Positions 39,697 to 49,120 of a DNA stretch of 64,000 nt are shown here, piece after piece; positions within the stretch are counted from its first letter, which is position 1; every line of letters begins with the position of its first letter. The notes beneath the pieces are model-generated. The model had not been told where the DNA came from. It did no database searches and was given only the letters and a program-made list of their open reading frames with translations. The stretch comes from Rhodobacteraceae bacterium bin131 (GTDB lineage: Bacteria > Pseudomonadota > Alphaproteobacteria > Rhodobacterales > Rhodobacteraceae): contig MPNP01000001.1 in assembly GCA_002239085.1 (NCBI GenBank), forward strand, positions 49,169 through 113,168. Direction: 5' to 3'. The position numbers were made by a program, and so were the translations under genes.

Positions 39697-39784
39697 TGGC
39701 GGAGAGACAGGGATTCGAACCCTGGGTACCCTGAGGTACAACGGTTTTCGAGACCGCCCCGTTCGACCACTCCGGCACCTCTCC
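39697..39784 (-). tRNA. tRNA-Ser (anticodon CGA), CCA encoded
   Basis: Reverse complement reads GGAGAGGTGCCGGAGTGGTCGAACGGGGCGGTCTCGAAAACCGTTGTACCTCAGGGTACCCAGGGTTCGAATCCCTGTCTCTCCGCCA. It has a 7-bp acceptor stem, anticodon loop CTCGAAA, a long variable arm (GTACC-TCA-GGGTAC) and a T-arm CAGGG-TTCGAAT-CCCTG. Confidence 0.9.
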
Positions 39785-39941
39785 TCAACCTTTCATTTAT
39801 ACTAAATGATTTAATTTTCCAGTACGGATAATGAAAAATTAAATTATCATAAACTAAATATAACCATCGTTTAAAATTGAAAATATTATTGATTTCAGCT
39901 GAAAAAATAACTGACAAAATTTTTTTTAAAAACAGATTTGA

Positions 39942-39970
39942 ATTTCATAAAACTGTCATAAATTTGTAGC
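39942..39970 (+). promoter_or_regulatory. Pho-box-like 11-bp phased heptamers upstream of pstS
   Basis: Reads ATTTCAT-aaaa-CTGTCAT-aaat-TTGTAGC, three 7-bp repeats with 4-bp AT spacers. The middle one equals the CTGTCAT consensus half-site. A further TTGTCAT lies at 40002-40008. The boxes are 75-100 bp upstream of the pstS ATG. Confidence 0.35.
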
Positions 39971-40044
39971 AAATCTAAAAAGAAACAAACCTAATTCTTC
40001 ATTGTCATTTTGACAAAAACTATTTTAATTGGAGAATTATAATT

Positions 40045-41073
40045 ATGAATAAAATCATTCAGTTTGGACTTGTCACTTTAATTTTGTTGGCAGGGTCCGT
40101 TGCAGTATCTGCGAGAGATAAGATTCTTATCGTCGGGTCTTCAACGGTATTTCCATACACGCAATCTGTTGCCGAACAATTTGTTAACCTGTATGGTGTT
40201 GATGCTCCTACTGTTGAATCCACTGGCAGTGGAGGTGGAATGAAGCTCTTTTGTGCTGGAATTGGGGTTGCTCATCCTGATATTACCGGTTCCTCAAGAG
40301 CAATGAAAAGTTCTGAATATGAGTTGTGCCAGAGCAATGGTGTAACCAATATAACTGAAGCTTTAATTGGCTTTGATGGTCTTTCAATCGCGATTGCCAG
40401 AGAAGGCAATCCTGATATAGACCTGACCTTAGAGGAAATTTATCTCGCTCTCGCGGCTGAAGTTCCTGTGAATGATGGGTGGGGACCCAATCCCCATACC
40501 AAGTGGTCAGAAATCAACCCCAGCCTGCCTGACCGTGATATCCTCGCCTACGGCCCTCCGCCGACCTCAGGTACTCGCGATGCTTTCGTTGAACTAGCAA
40601 TGCATGTTGGCTGCAAAAAACTAGACTATGTTGCTGACAAAGATGGTGACTGGGTAGACGAAAATTGTAGTAGAATGCGGCAGGATGGTCCATTTGTTGA
40701 GGCCGGTGAGAATGATAATCTTATTGTTCAGCGCCTCATTGCTGACCCAACAGCAATGGGTATTTTTGGATATTCGTTCCTGTTTGAAAACCTTGATACG
40801 CTTAAACCTGTTAGTGTCAACGGAGTTGCTCCAGATGGAACGACAATTGGCGATAAATCATATCCGATTTCCCGCCCCTTGTTTTTCTACACCAAGAATG
40901 ACCATCGTGGTGTTATTCCTAACCTTCAGGAGTTTATTGAAGAGTATATGAGTGAAGAAGCATTAGCGCCAGGTGGATATCTCTCTGAGAGAGGGCTCGT
41001 GTCATTGAATGACCAACAAAGAATGACCTTGCAAAATGATGTTATTAGCGGTAAAATGATGGACCCTAAATAG
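40045..41073 (+). CDS. pstS: Phosphate ABC transporter substrate-binding protein
   Basis: 342 aa. Signal peptide, GSSTVFPY motif, PstS-family PBP. Followed by pstC and pstA. Confidence 0.9.
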   Translation: MNKIIQFGLVTLILLAGSVAVSARDKILIVGSSTVFPYTQSVAEQFVNLYGVDAPTVESTGSGGGMKLFCAGIGVAHPDITGSSRAMKSSEYELCQSNGVTNITEALIGFDGLSIAIAREGNPDIDLTLEEIYLALAAEVPVNDGWGPNPHTKWSEINPSLPDRDILAYGPPPTSGTRDAFVELAMHVGCKKLDYVADKDGDWVDENCSRMRQDGPFVEAGENDNLIVQRLIADPTAMGIFGYSFLFENLDTLKPVSVNGVAPDGTTIGDKSYPISRPLFFYTKNDHRGVIPNLQEFIEEYMSEEALAPGGYLSERGLVSLNDQQRMTLQNDVISGKMMDPK

Positions 41074-41090
41074 TACCGTAGAACAAAGTT

Positions 41091-41119
41091 TCTGCCGCCT
41101 GAATTGTTCGGGCGGCAGA
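41091..41119 (+). terminator. Stem-loop after pstS (intra-operon attenuator/partial terminator candidate)
   Basis: Perfect 9-bp stem tctgccgcc / ggcggcaga with an 11-nt loop, followed by ttccgttatt (only partly U-rich). Lies 18 nt after the pstS stop and 25 nt before the pstC start. Confidence 0.45.
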
Positions 41120-41143
41120 TTCCGTTATTGAGAGTATTAGCTC

Positions 41144-42520
41144 GTGACGTTTTTGCCCTTTCTCATAGTTTTTGTCTTGGCTATAGTTGGCTATATCATC
41201 AATGTTAGAGCCGCAAATGCAGTTCGAAATTCAGGAAATAGGCTACACTCTATCTCGCTCTATCATGGCTTATACTCATTATTTATTATCTTTTTCCCTC
41301 TGACAATTCTGATTCTAATTTGGTTAATTTTTGAAGGTCCACTCCTTGACCGGATTGTTTATCAATCATTATCTCCAGAATATACAGCCAATATAGGAGT
41401 AGGTGCTCAACAGCTAATCATTGCCGAAATTCACTCCATCGCAAGAGGGTTGGTTTTTGGGGAGCCTGAAGATTGGAAGATCAAAGCGGCTGAAGTTTAT
41501 ATCCAGTGGCAAAACTTATCTAAGAACGCACTTTTTTTCACCACTATTGTAACGTGTGTAGTGTTGCTATTCTGGTCGCGAACAAAAGTTAGGCATTCAT
41601 TTCGTGCCCGTCAAAATGTTGAGAAAATAGTCACTTGGGTGATGATATCCTGCTCGGTGGTTGCCATTTTTACCACGGTAGGGATCATTGCTTCACTATT
41701 ATTTGAAACGATTAGGTTTTTTAGTTTAGTCCCGATTAGTGAATTCCTTTTTGGACTCAACTGGGAACCTCAGATACCCATCCGTGAAGACCAAGTTGCT
41801 GGCAAAGGGGCCTTCGGTTTTTTTCCTGTCATTCTTGGCACCCTAGTCATCACCGTAATTGCTGTGTTTATTTCGGTTCCAGTAGGGCTCATGTCTGCGA
41901 TTTATCTGAATGAATTTGCTCCCCCTAGCATTCGCTCAATGAGTAAACCAGTATTGGAAGTTCTCGCCGGTGTTCCAACAGTTGTATACGGGTTTTTTGC
42001 AGTACTTGTAGTCGCCCCGGCGATTGGAAATCTTGGTGATAGCCTAGGATTGTCAATAGCACCTAATACGGCACTCGCGGCAGGGAGTGTGATGGGAATA
42101 ATGATCATACCGTTTATTTCTTCTTTTGCTGATGACGCTTTATCGGCCGTTCCCAAAACACTTAGAGATGGTTCACTCGCTTTGGGAGCCACGCGGGCAG
42201 AAACGATGATGCTTGTGTTATTTCCGGCCGCAATACCTGGAATAGTGGGTGGTATTCTCCTTGCCGTGAGTCGAGCCATAGGCGAGACAATGATTGTAGT
42301 GATGGCTGCAGGATTAATTGCCAAACTCACTATTAACCCATTGGATAGCGTAACAACGGTTACGGTTCAAATTGTGTCCCTTCTAATTGGCGACACATCC
42401 TTTGATAATCCCAAAACTCTTGCGGCATTTGCATTGGGTATGATGCTCTTCCTGATTACTTTGGCAATCAATGTCATTGCCCTTAGTATTGTGCAAAAAT
42501 ATCGTGAAATATACGATTGA
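41144..42520 (+). CDS. pstC: Phosphate ABC transporter permease PstC (long form)
   Basis: 458 aa, polytopic. EAA-like loop in the C-terminal half (LRDGSLALGATRAETMMLVLFPAA). GTG start. Confidence 0.85.
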   Translation: MTFLPFLIVFVLAIVGYIINVRAANAVRNSGNRLHSISLYHGLYSLFIIFFPLTILILIWLIFEGPLLDRIVYQSLSPEYTANIGVGAQQLIIAEIHSIARGLVFGEPEDWKIKAAEVYIQWQNLSKNALFFTTIVTCVVLLFWSRTKVRHSFRARQNVEKIVTWVMISCSVVAIFTTVGIIASLLFETIRFFSLVPISEFLFGLNWEPQIPIREDQVAGKGAFGFFPVILGTLVITVIAVFISVPVGLMSAIYLNEFAPPSIRSMSKPVLEVLAGVPTVVYGFFAVLVVAPAIGNLGDSLGLSIAPNTALAAGSVMGIMIIPFISSFADDALSAVPKTLRDGSLALGATRAETMMLVLFPAAIPGIVGGILLAVSRAIGETMIVVMAAGLIAKLTINPLDSVTTVTVQIVSLLIGDTSFDNPKTLAAFALGMMLFLITLAINVIALSIVQKYREIYD

Positions 42521-42534
42521 TAGGAAAACCAATA

Positions 42535-43800
42535 ATGAGCGTGTTAAATACTTCGGATTTAGTCAAGAAAAGCTTAGTAAGGCGAAATAGACGCCAGATC
42601 CTCTTACAGGGATTTGGGATTATGGCTGTATTTTTTGCCTTTTTGATGTTGTTTCTACTTATTTCGTCGTTGGCTGTTTCTGGGTTTAAGTCACTCACCC
42701 AAACGCATATAGAATTTACAGTCTATGTTGACCCTATATTAGTTGATAAGCAACTCCTACCACGTGGAAACTTCAAGACAATATTGGTGGATTCACTGGC
42801 TCAATACCTTCCAGAAGTAGAATCATCGCAAGATAAAAGACAGCTGGGAAAATTGTTGAGTAATGGGGCACAATTCACTCTTCGCGATAAGATTGTTGCC
42901 AATCCCGATATAATTGGTACATCCATCCAAGTTAAAGTGCCGACATCTGACCCCTATGACCAATTTCAAAAAAATACAATCAAGCGTGACACTCCAGAAG
43001 AGTTTCGACGAATAAAGGATAACGAAATTGCTTGGTTTGATTCTCTTAAGGAGCAAGGATTGATTTCCAACCCTCTTAATCGATGGTTGATCACTAATGC
43101 TGACAGTCGTTTCCCTGAATTGGCAGGTCTAAAGGGTGCTTTATTAGGATCCTTCTGGGCTTTGCTTGTTTGCTTCCTGATTTCATTTCCACTTGGCATT
43201 GGTGCGGCAATATATTTAGAGGAGTTCGCACCAAAAAACCGCGTGAGTAACTTTATTGAGGTTAACATCAATAACCTTGCTGCCGTACCGTCAGTTGTTT
43301 TTGGTCTTCTTGCTCTTGCTGTGTTTATTGGGTGGTTTGGTCTTCCTCGCTCGGCACCGCTAGTGGGGGGGATGGCTCTCGCACTGATGACAATGCCGAC
43401 AATCATTATTGCGACTCGAGCTGCTCTCAAGGCCATTCCACCAAGTATTCGTGAAGCGGCACTCGGTGTAGGGGCTTCCCAACAGCAAGTTGTATTTGGG
43501 CATGTATTACCTTTGGCTATGCCAGGCATTCTGACTGGAACCATTATCGGCCTTGCTCAAGCACTCGGGGAAACGGCACCACTTTTACTGATCGGGATGA
43601 ATGCTTTTATTACATCAGCTCCAGGTTCACCTCTTGATACAGCCACATCTTTACCTACCCAAATTTTTATTTGGGCTGATAGCCCTGAAAGAGGATTTGT
43701 GAGTCGTACTTCTGCGGCAATTTTGGTTTTGCTAATGTTTTTGATTTCCATGAATGCCTTGGCAATTTTTTTGCGAAACCGTTTTGAGCGAAACTGGTGA
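42535..43800 (+). CDS. pstA: Phosphate ABC transporter permease PstA (long form)
   Basis: Polytopic. Contains IREAALGVGASQQQVVFGHVLPLAMPGI. ATG 42535 with an AGGA SD is preferred over TTG 42517. Confidence 0.85.
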   Translation: MSVLNTSDLVKKSLVRRNRRQILLQGFGIMAVFFAFLMLFLLISSLAVSGFKSLTQTHIEFTVYVDPILVDKQLLPRGNFKTILVDSLAQYLPEVESSQDKRQLGKLLSNGAQFTLRDKIVANPDIIGTSIQVKVPTSDPYDQFQKNTIKRDTPEEFRRIKDNEIAWFDSLKEQGLISNPLNRWLITNADSRFPELAGLKGALLGSFWALLVCFLISFPLGIGAAIYLEEFAPKNRVSNFIEVNINNLAAVPSVVFGLLALAVFIGWFGLPRSAPLVGGMALALMTMPTIIIATRAALKAIPPSIREAALGVGASQQQVVFGHVLPLAMPGILTGTIIGLAQALGETAPLLLIGMNAFITSAPGSPLDTATSLPTQIFIWADSPERGFVSRTSAAILVLLMFLISMNALAIFLRNRFERNW

Positions 43801-43941
43801 CCTGATTATTAAGTAAATTTTATCCGAAGAGTTGAAATCCCATTCCATTGGGCAATATATCCATTTTGCCATTGGGAATATAGAATACTATAAAGATTAT
43901 ATATTTGAGGATTGATAGAGTCTGATGCTCTGAGAGGTCTT

Positions 43942-44547
43942 ATGAGTGAAGAAGAGAAAAACAAGTTAGATACAACAAGCTCCGAAGAGCAACTTTCTGA
44001 GGATACAATATCATCTTCATCGGAATTTAATGACTCCAATGAGGTTGAGGCGATTTCCTTCAACCCAATAAAGGAGGAGACACCTGAAGAGGACTTGGAT
44101 GCGAGTTCAAGTGATCAAGCTGACACCTCCGAAGATGATAACGCAGAAGTCGAATCCGAGCCAAAGAAAAAGTGGAGTATTTTAAACCCTGAAATTTCGG
44201 CCGTCATTGCCCTTAATGGCAAACAGTTTCCTGTTAAAGTGGGTGAAAAATGCCGGGTTTTAGATTTAGAAATACATGAAGAAGGAACGACTAAATCAGT
44301 GAATACTGTGGTATTGGGGCAAGGCGAACAAACCGTTTTGGGTGACCCGTACATCAAAGATGCTATTGTCGTTCTTAAATCACACCGGGTTGATTCGCAA
44401 AAACTCATCAACTTTAAAAAACGCCGCCGAAAAAGCCAGTCCAAACGGACCAAGGGTTACCGGCAAAAAGCAACTGTATTTCTGACGCACAGTATAAACA
44501 TTCCAGGCTTGCCTGAATCACGAATGCACGAAGTTGTCTCAGATTAA
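43942..44547 (+). CDS. rplU: 50S ribosomal protein L21 with a ~85-aa acidic N-terminal extension
   Basis: L21 core (AVIALNGKQFPVKVGEKCRVLDLE... KKRRRKSQSKRTKGYRQKATVFLTHSI) from about 44197. There is no ATG/GTG/TTG in frame just before the core. ATG 43942 has a GAGAGG SD. Followed by rpmA. Confidence 0.75.
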   Translation: MSEEEKNKLDTTSSEEQLSEDTISSSSEFNDSNEVEAISFNPIKEETPEEDLDASSSDQADTSEDDNAEVESEPKKKWSILNPEISAVIALNGKQFPVKVGEKCRVLDLEIHEEGTTKSVNTVVLGQGEQTVLGDPYIKDAIVVLKSHRVDSQKLINFKKRRRKSQSKRTKGYRQKATVFLTHSINIPGLPESRMHEVVSD

Positions 44548-44590
44548 TATTTTGATTTAGTTATTCTTAACTTTAAGAGGGTAAAACACA

Positions 44591-44845
44591 ATGGCTCATA
44601 AGAAAGCAGGGGGTTCATCTGGTAATGGTCGTGACTCGGTTGGGCGACGTCTCGGAGTTAAAAAATTTGGTGGAGAGCACGTGAAACCTGGAAATATCAT
44701 AATCCGTCAAAGAGGAAATCAATTCTGGGCAGGTGAAGGAACTGGAACTGGGAAAGATCACACCATTTTCGCGACTTCAGAGGGTCGAGTGTCATTTTCA
44801 AAGGGATTTAAGGGTCGGAGTTTTATCTCTGTAACGACTTCCTGA
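44591..44845 (+). CDS. rpmA: 50S ribosomal protein L27
   Basis: 84 aa. Sequence begins [29 protein letters not shown]..., canonical L27. Confidence 0.95.
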   Translation: MAHKKAGGSSGNGRDSVGRRLGVKKFGGEHVKPGNIIIRQRGNQFWAGEGTGTGKDHTIFATSEGRVSFSKGFKGRSFISVTTS

Positions 44846-44995
44846 TAGATGAATAACGGGGGCGCCCCCTACGATTACTGCAATTGCTTGGCCACTTAGT
44901 GTAGAATAGTAATGGTATAAGAGGAAATCACCTTCAGCAAAAATTAAAGCCAATCACTGTAAATCAGGTTCTGATTGCTTTGGGTATTCACAAAA

Positions 44996-46036
44996 ATGCA
45001 GTTTCTTGACCTTGCCAAAATCCATGTCAGATCTGGATCAGGAGGCAATGGAGCCATCAGTTTTCGCCGTGAAAAGTATATTGAATTTGGTGGCCCTGAC
45101 GGAGGTAATGGGGGTCATGGGGGTGATATCATTCTAAAAACTGTTCCCTCACTTAACACATTGATAGAGTTTAAGTATCGGCGACATTACTTTGCTCCCA
45201 ACGGAAAAAACGGCATGGGCCGGCAAAAACATGGAGCTAAAGGGAAGAATCTCGTAATTGAGTTGCCACAAGGCACTGAGGTCTTGGATGAAACACAAAC
45301 TGTCCTTCTTTATGATTTAATTGAACCTGGTCATGAAGTAACTCTTGCAATGGGCGGTAACGGGGGATTTGGCAACTATCATTTCAAGTCCTCAACAAAC
45401 CGAACCCCAAGGATCGCTAAACCAGGTCAACCTGGGGTTGAACTCACCTTATATCTCAGGCTGAAGATTCTTGCCGATGTCGGGCTTGTGGGTCAACCCA
45501 ATTCAGGGAAATCAACATTTCTATCACGCGTTTCAAATGCCAAACCAAAAATCGGGAGTTATCCATTTACGACCCTTTATCCGCAACTCGGTAATATCAC
45601 CCGAATTGATTCAGAAATCACAATCGCGGATATTCCAGGAATCATTGAAGGTTCGGCTGACGGGAAAGGACTCGGAAGTCGTTTTCTAGGACACATTGAG
45701 CGATGTTCTTGCTTACTCCAATTAATCGATATCTCGCAGACCGACCCTGTTGCAGATTTTCAATTGATCAATCATGAGTTATTAAGCCAGGGAACAGGTT
45801 TAGAGAAAAAACCCCGTATTGTTGCATTAAATAAGATTGACTTGGTTGAACAAAGTCAAATTGAAAGAATTACTCAACAGCTCAAACACGTTTGCGATTA
45901 TCCCTTAGTGGTTATTTCAGCTCACGAAGAGTTGGGGTTAGAGTTTTGTTTGAGTCAACTCTTTAAGGTCGTTGGCCAAGTCAGAGGGTACAATAAGGCA
46001 AACAACATTGAGAGTAGGGCTTTGTGGACTCCATAA
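44996..46036 (+). CDS. obgE: GTPase ObgE/CgtA
   Basis: Obg fold N-terminus (FLDLAKIHVRSGSGGNGAISFRREKY, GGPDGGNGGHGGDI) and G1 motif GQPNSGKST. ATG 44996 is preferred over TTG 44975. Confidence 0.9.
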   Translation: MQFLDLAKIHVRSGSGGNGAISFRREKYIEFGGPDGGNGGHGGDIILKTVPSLNTLIEFKYRRHYFAPNGKNGMGRQKHGAKGKNLVIELPQGTEVLDETQTVLLYDLIEPGHEVTLAMGGNGGFGNYHFKSSTNRTPRIAKPGQPGVELTLYLRLKILADVGLVGQPNSGKSTFLSRVSNAKPKIGSYPFTTLYPQLGNITRIDSEITIADIPGIIEGSADGKGLGSRFLGHIERCSCLLQLIDISQTDPVADFQLINHELLSQGTGLEKKPRIVALNKIDLVEQSQIERITQQLKHVCDYPLVVISAHEELGLEFCLSQLFKVVGQVRGYNKANNIESRALWTP

Positions 46037-47139
46037 TTTCGTTAGAAGAAGCTTCAAAAATTGTCATAAAAATTGGCTCAGCTCTTCTTTTAGACAAGCA
46101 GAATCGTCAAGTTAACACGCAATGGTTGAAGTCATTATGTCAAGAAATCAGTGTTTTGGTACGTGATGGTAAGCAGGTGAGCATTGTTTCATCGGGTTCT
46201 ATAGCCCTTGGGCGCCTTATCCTCAACTTAAATCAACAGCACTTATCACTTGAACAGACCCAAGCTGCTGCAGCCTGTGGTCAAATCAAACTGGCGCGAA
46301 CTTACGAAGAAATTTTACATCCATACGGGTTAAAGACAGCACAGATTTTGCTCACTCTTGATGATAACAAAAACCGCCGTCGATACCTGAATGCAAGGTC
46401 AACAGTGAATACTCTACTTGGGTTTGGAGTGATTCCAATAATTAATGAAAATGACACTGTGGCAACTGATGAAATTCGCTTTGGTGACAATGACCGGTTG
46501 GCCGCCCAAGTGGCGGTCATGATTGGCGCTGAAATTCTTGTCCTGTTCTCCGATATTGACGGGCTTTATGACAAAAATCCAAAAGAGTATCATGACGCAA
46601 AGCGAATCCCGGTCGTTGAAGCTGTTGATTCTACAATCATGGCAATGGGAGGCAAGACTGGTTCTGAGTTGTCAAGCGGAGGTATGAAGACCAAGCTTTT
46701 AGCCGCTCGCACCGCTACCCAGGCCGGATGTGCAATGGTCATTTCCAATGGGTTTCAAATGCATCCCCTGACCGATTTACGTAATGGAGGTAACAGTACA
46801 TGGTTTAAGCCAAGAACAAGTCCCCATTTGGCTCGCAAACAATGGATTTCTTCAATGAAAACAAAAGGAAAGGTTGTGATTGATGCGGGTGCTCAGGCTG
46901 CTTTAAAAAACGGAAAATCCTTACTTCCAGCCGGTGTAATCAAGGTGATTGGAGAATTTGAAAAAGGCGACCCTGTAGAAATCACCACAATTGAGGGTGA
47001 GCAACTTTGTTCTGGATTAATTCGATATTCAAGCACTGAGAGTCGTAAAATTAAAGGGTATAAATCGCAAGAAATCATTCATATACTAGGTTTTCCAGGA
47101 AGAGCCGCACTCATTCATAAGGATGATATGTCTGATTAA
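46024..47139 (+). CDS. proB: Glutamate 5-kinase
   Basis: 371 aa. AAK domain (IVIKIGSALL, VSSGSIALG, NENDTVATDEIRFGDNDRLAA) plus a C-terminal PUA domain. GTG start overlapping the obg end. Confidence 0.9.
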   Translation: MDSIISLEEASKIVIKIGSALLLDKQNRQVNTQWLKSLCQEISVLVRDGKQVSIVSSGSIALGRLILNLNQQHLSLEQTQAAAACGQIKLARTYEEILHPYGLKTAQILLTLDDNKNRRRYLNARSTVNTLLGFGVIPIINENDTVATDEIRFGDNDRLAAQVAVMIGAEILVLFSDIDGLYDKNPKEYHDAKRIPVVEAVDSTIMAMGGKTGSELSSGGMKTKLLAARTATQAGCAMVISNGFQMHPLTDLRNGGNSTWFKPRTSPHLARKQWISSMKTKGKVVIDAGAQAALKNGKSLLPAGVIKVIGEFEKGDPVEITTIEGEQLCSGLIRYSSTESRKIKGYKSQEIIHILGFPGRAALIHKDDMSD

Positions 47140-47169
47140 AGTATAAGAGATACAAACAAAGGGAATTCT

Positions 47170-48423
47170 ATGGATATTAAAGCACAGGTTGAAAGAATTG
47201 GACTCAATGCCAAGCAAGTCGTCTCAAAACTCAGCCTTGCTTCGATTGAAATCAAAAACGAAGCATTAGAGAAGGCCGCTAATCAGATACAATCAAGTAT
47301 GAAGATGATTATCGATGCCAATCAAAAGGACTTGATTGAGGGAACAAAAAAGGGCTTATCAGATGCCATGTTAGATCGTTTAGAACTCACTTCAGCACGA
47401 TTAAACGATTTGATAGGTTCTATGCATGATATCATTTCCCTTGACGACCCTGTTAATCAAATATTAGCGGAGTGGACTCGTCCTTCGGGCTTACGAATCA
47501 GGCGGATATCGACTCCGTTAGGGGTAATTGGGATTATTTTTGAGTCACGCCCGAATGTTACTATAGATGCCGCTTCACTTTGCCTAAAATCAGGTAATGC
47601 ATCAATTTTGCGTTGCGGCTCCGACAGCTTTAATACATCCCATCAACTCCATACCTGTTTCGTAAGAGGGTTGGTTGAAGCTGATTTACCTGAAGCAAGT
47701 ACGCAGCTCATTCCGTCACGCGACCGCCAAGCCGTTGACGCAATGCTTGGTTTAAACCGCTACATTGATGTTATCGTTCCGCGAGGGGGAAAAAATCTCG
47801 TTGAATTGGTGCAGAGACGAGCACGAGTGCCAGTTTTTTCTCATTTGGAAGGGATTTGTCATGTCTATGTTGATAAAGAAGCAGACTTGGAAAAAGCCGT
47901 AAGGGTTGTCGTGAACGCTAAAACTCGCCGAACCGGAATTTGTGGTGCAATGGAGTGTTTGTTATTTGACCGCGAAGTGATTGGTCAATTAGGTAAACCT
48001 ATAATCGAAGCGTTGCGTGACAAAGATGTTGAGATCAGAGGTTCTGAGGAGTTTGTGGGTTTTGATGGAGTAATACCAGCCCAAAAAAGCGATTTTGGCA
48101 AAGAATTTCTAGCCAATATTCTCGCCCTTAATGCCGTTGATGGCATTGATGGAGCGATTGAACATATCCGTAAATTTGGGTCGGGTCACACAGATGCCAT
48201 CATTACCGAAAACGATCAAACAGCGGCTAAGTTTATGACTGAGTTAGACTCTGCTATTTTGATGCAAAATGTCTCAACCCAGTTTGCTGATGGTAATGAA
48301 TTCGGAATGGGAGCCGAAATCGGAATCGCAACCGGAAAGATTCATGCACGAGGGCCAGTGGGAATCAACCAACTCACAAGTTTTAAGTATCTTGTTGAAG
48401 GAAACGGAATTATTCGTCCCTGA
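47170..48423 (+). CDS. proA: Glutamate-5-semialdehyde dehydrogenase
   Basis: 417 aa. Contains GVIGIIFESRPNVT, catalytic-Cys region RRTGICGAMECLL, and GSGHTDAIITEN. Confidence 0.9.
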   Translation: MDIKAQVERIGLNAKQVVSKLSLASIEIKNEALEKAANQIQSSMKMIIDANQKDLIEGTKKGLSDAMLDRLELTSARLNDLIGSMHDIISLDDPVNQILAEWTRPSGLRIRRISTPLGVIGIIFESRPNVTIDAASLCLKSGNASILRCGSDSFNTSHQLHTCFVRGLVEADLPEASTQLIPSRDRQAVDAMLGLNRYIDVIVPRGGKNLVELVQRRARVPVFSHLEGICHVYVDKEADLEKAVRVVVNAKTRRTGICGAMECLLFDREVIGQLGKPIIEALRDKDVEIRGSEEFVGFDGVIPAQKSDFGKEFLANILALNAVDGIDGAIEHIRKFGSGHTDAIITENDQTAAKFMTELDSAILMQNVSTQFADGNEFGMGAEIGIATGKIHARGPVGINQLTSFKYLVEGNGIIRP

Positions 48424-48447
48424 ATATGAACGAAAATTTAAATCACT

Positions 48448-49035
48448 TTAGCTGCCCCAAACTCGAACATCAGCACAATCAAGATGGATGAAGTTTGAAG
48501 ACGAGTATTGACCAATACCGCCAAAAGAACACGCTTGGGCAGCCTTGGCAATTTGGCTTACGCGACGACCTTTGACCCGAATGTCGGCGGCCATTCCTTT
48601 TAAATGATAAGAATTACGTGAGACACTCCGAGATTTGCGTCTCAAATGATCATTTGTCTTTTTTGTTCGATATCCACTTAACAGTTGAATGGGTTCATTG
48701 GTTTCAAGAAGATTGTGTACAGCAGAGATATGGTAGAAATTATCCCGTTGCATCTCAAAGGAAACATCTTCACGCCAATCACGCATGAACCAGTTAATTT
48801 CAGAAGTTGCCTCTAAAATCGGAACACCGTCAATCCAATAGATTATATCAATATTCTCACTTGTTTGTCCGTTAAACATTGTCAAGCGACGATATTGACC
48901 CGCCCCTTTAACATATCCTGTGGCTTTAGAATATACTGGTGCGGCCGAAAGCGCGACCATCGCACCGGCTCCGAGTAGAAAATTACGCCGGTTATAATAT
49001 ATGTTACTTTTATTCACTGCTACCTCAAACGGCAC
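48448..49035 (-). CDS. DUF882 / peptidase M15-like protein with Tat signal (MepK/YcbK-like)
   Basis: 195 aa. Twin-arginine leader (YNRRNFLLGAGAMVALSA) and a C-terminal SYHLKGMAADI...IHLD metal-binding-like motif. Divergent from an L,D-transpeptidase gene, as with E. coli ycbK-ycbB. Confidence 0.7.
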   Translation of the reverse strand: MPFEVAVNKSNIYYNRRNFLLGAGAMVALSAAPVYSKATGYVKGAGQYRRLTMFNGQTSENIDIIYWIDGVPILEATSEINWFMRDWREDVSFEMQRDNFYHISAVHNLLETNEPIQLLSGYRTKKTNDHLRRKSRSVSRNSYHLKGMAADIRVKGRRVSQIAKAAQACSFGGIGQYSSSNFIHLDCADVRVWGS

Positions 49036-49120
49036 GAAATTAATCGTGCCATTGTAAATGATTGATTTTTTCTTTATCGTATAATAAAGATATTTTTACT
49101 TAAAGCAAGTACAAACAAGC

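Noticed and set aside
39693-39917. 74-aa minus-strand ORF.
   Set aside because: Its 3' third is the tRNA-Ser(CGA) gene read as protein, so it is spurious.
43809-44063. 84-aa minus-strand ORF opposite the rplU 5' region.
   Set aside because: It is antisense to the acidic L21 extension, and its Ser/Leu-rich low complexity mirrors the GAA/GAT-rich sense strand. It has no start context.
44858-44869. GC-only palindrome GGGGGCGCCCCC just after rpmA, considered as a rho-independent terminator.
   Set aside because: It can form only a 4-bp stem with a 4-nt loop and is not followed by a T-tract. That is insufficient to call a terminator, though it is conspicuous in AT-rich DNA.
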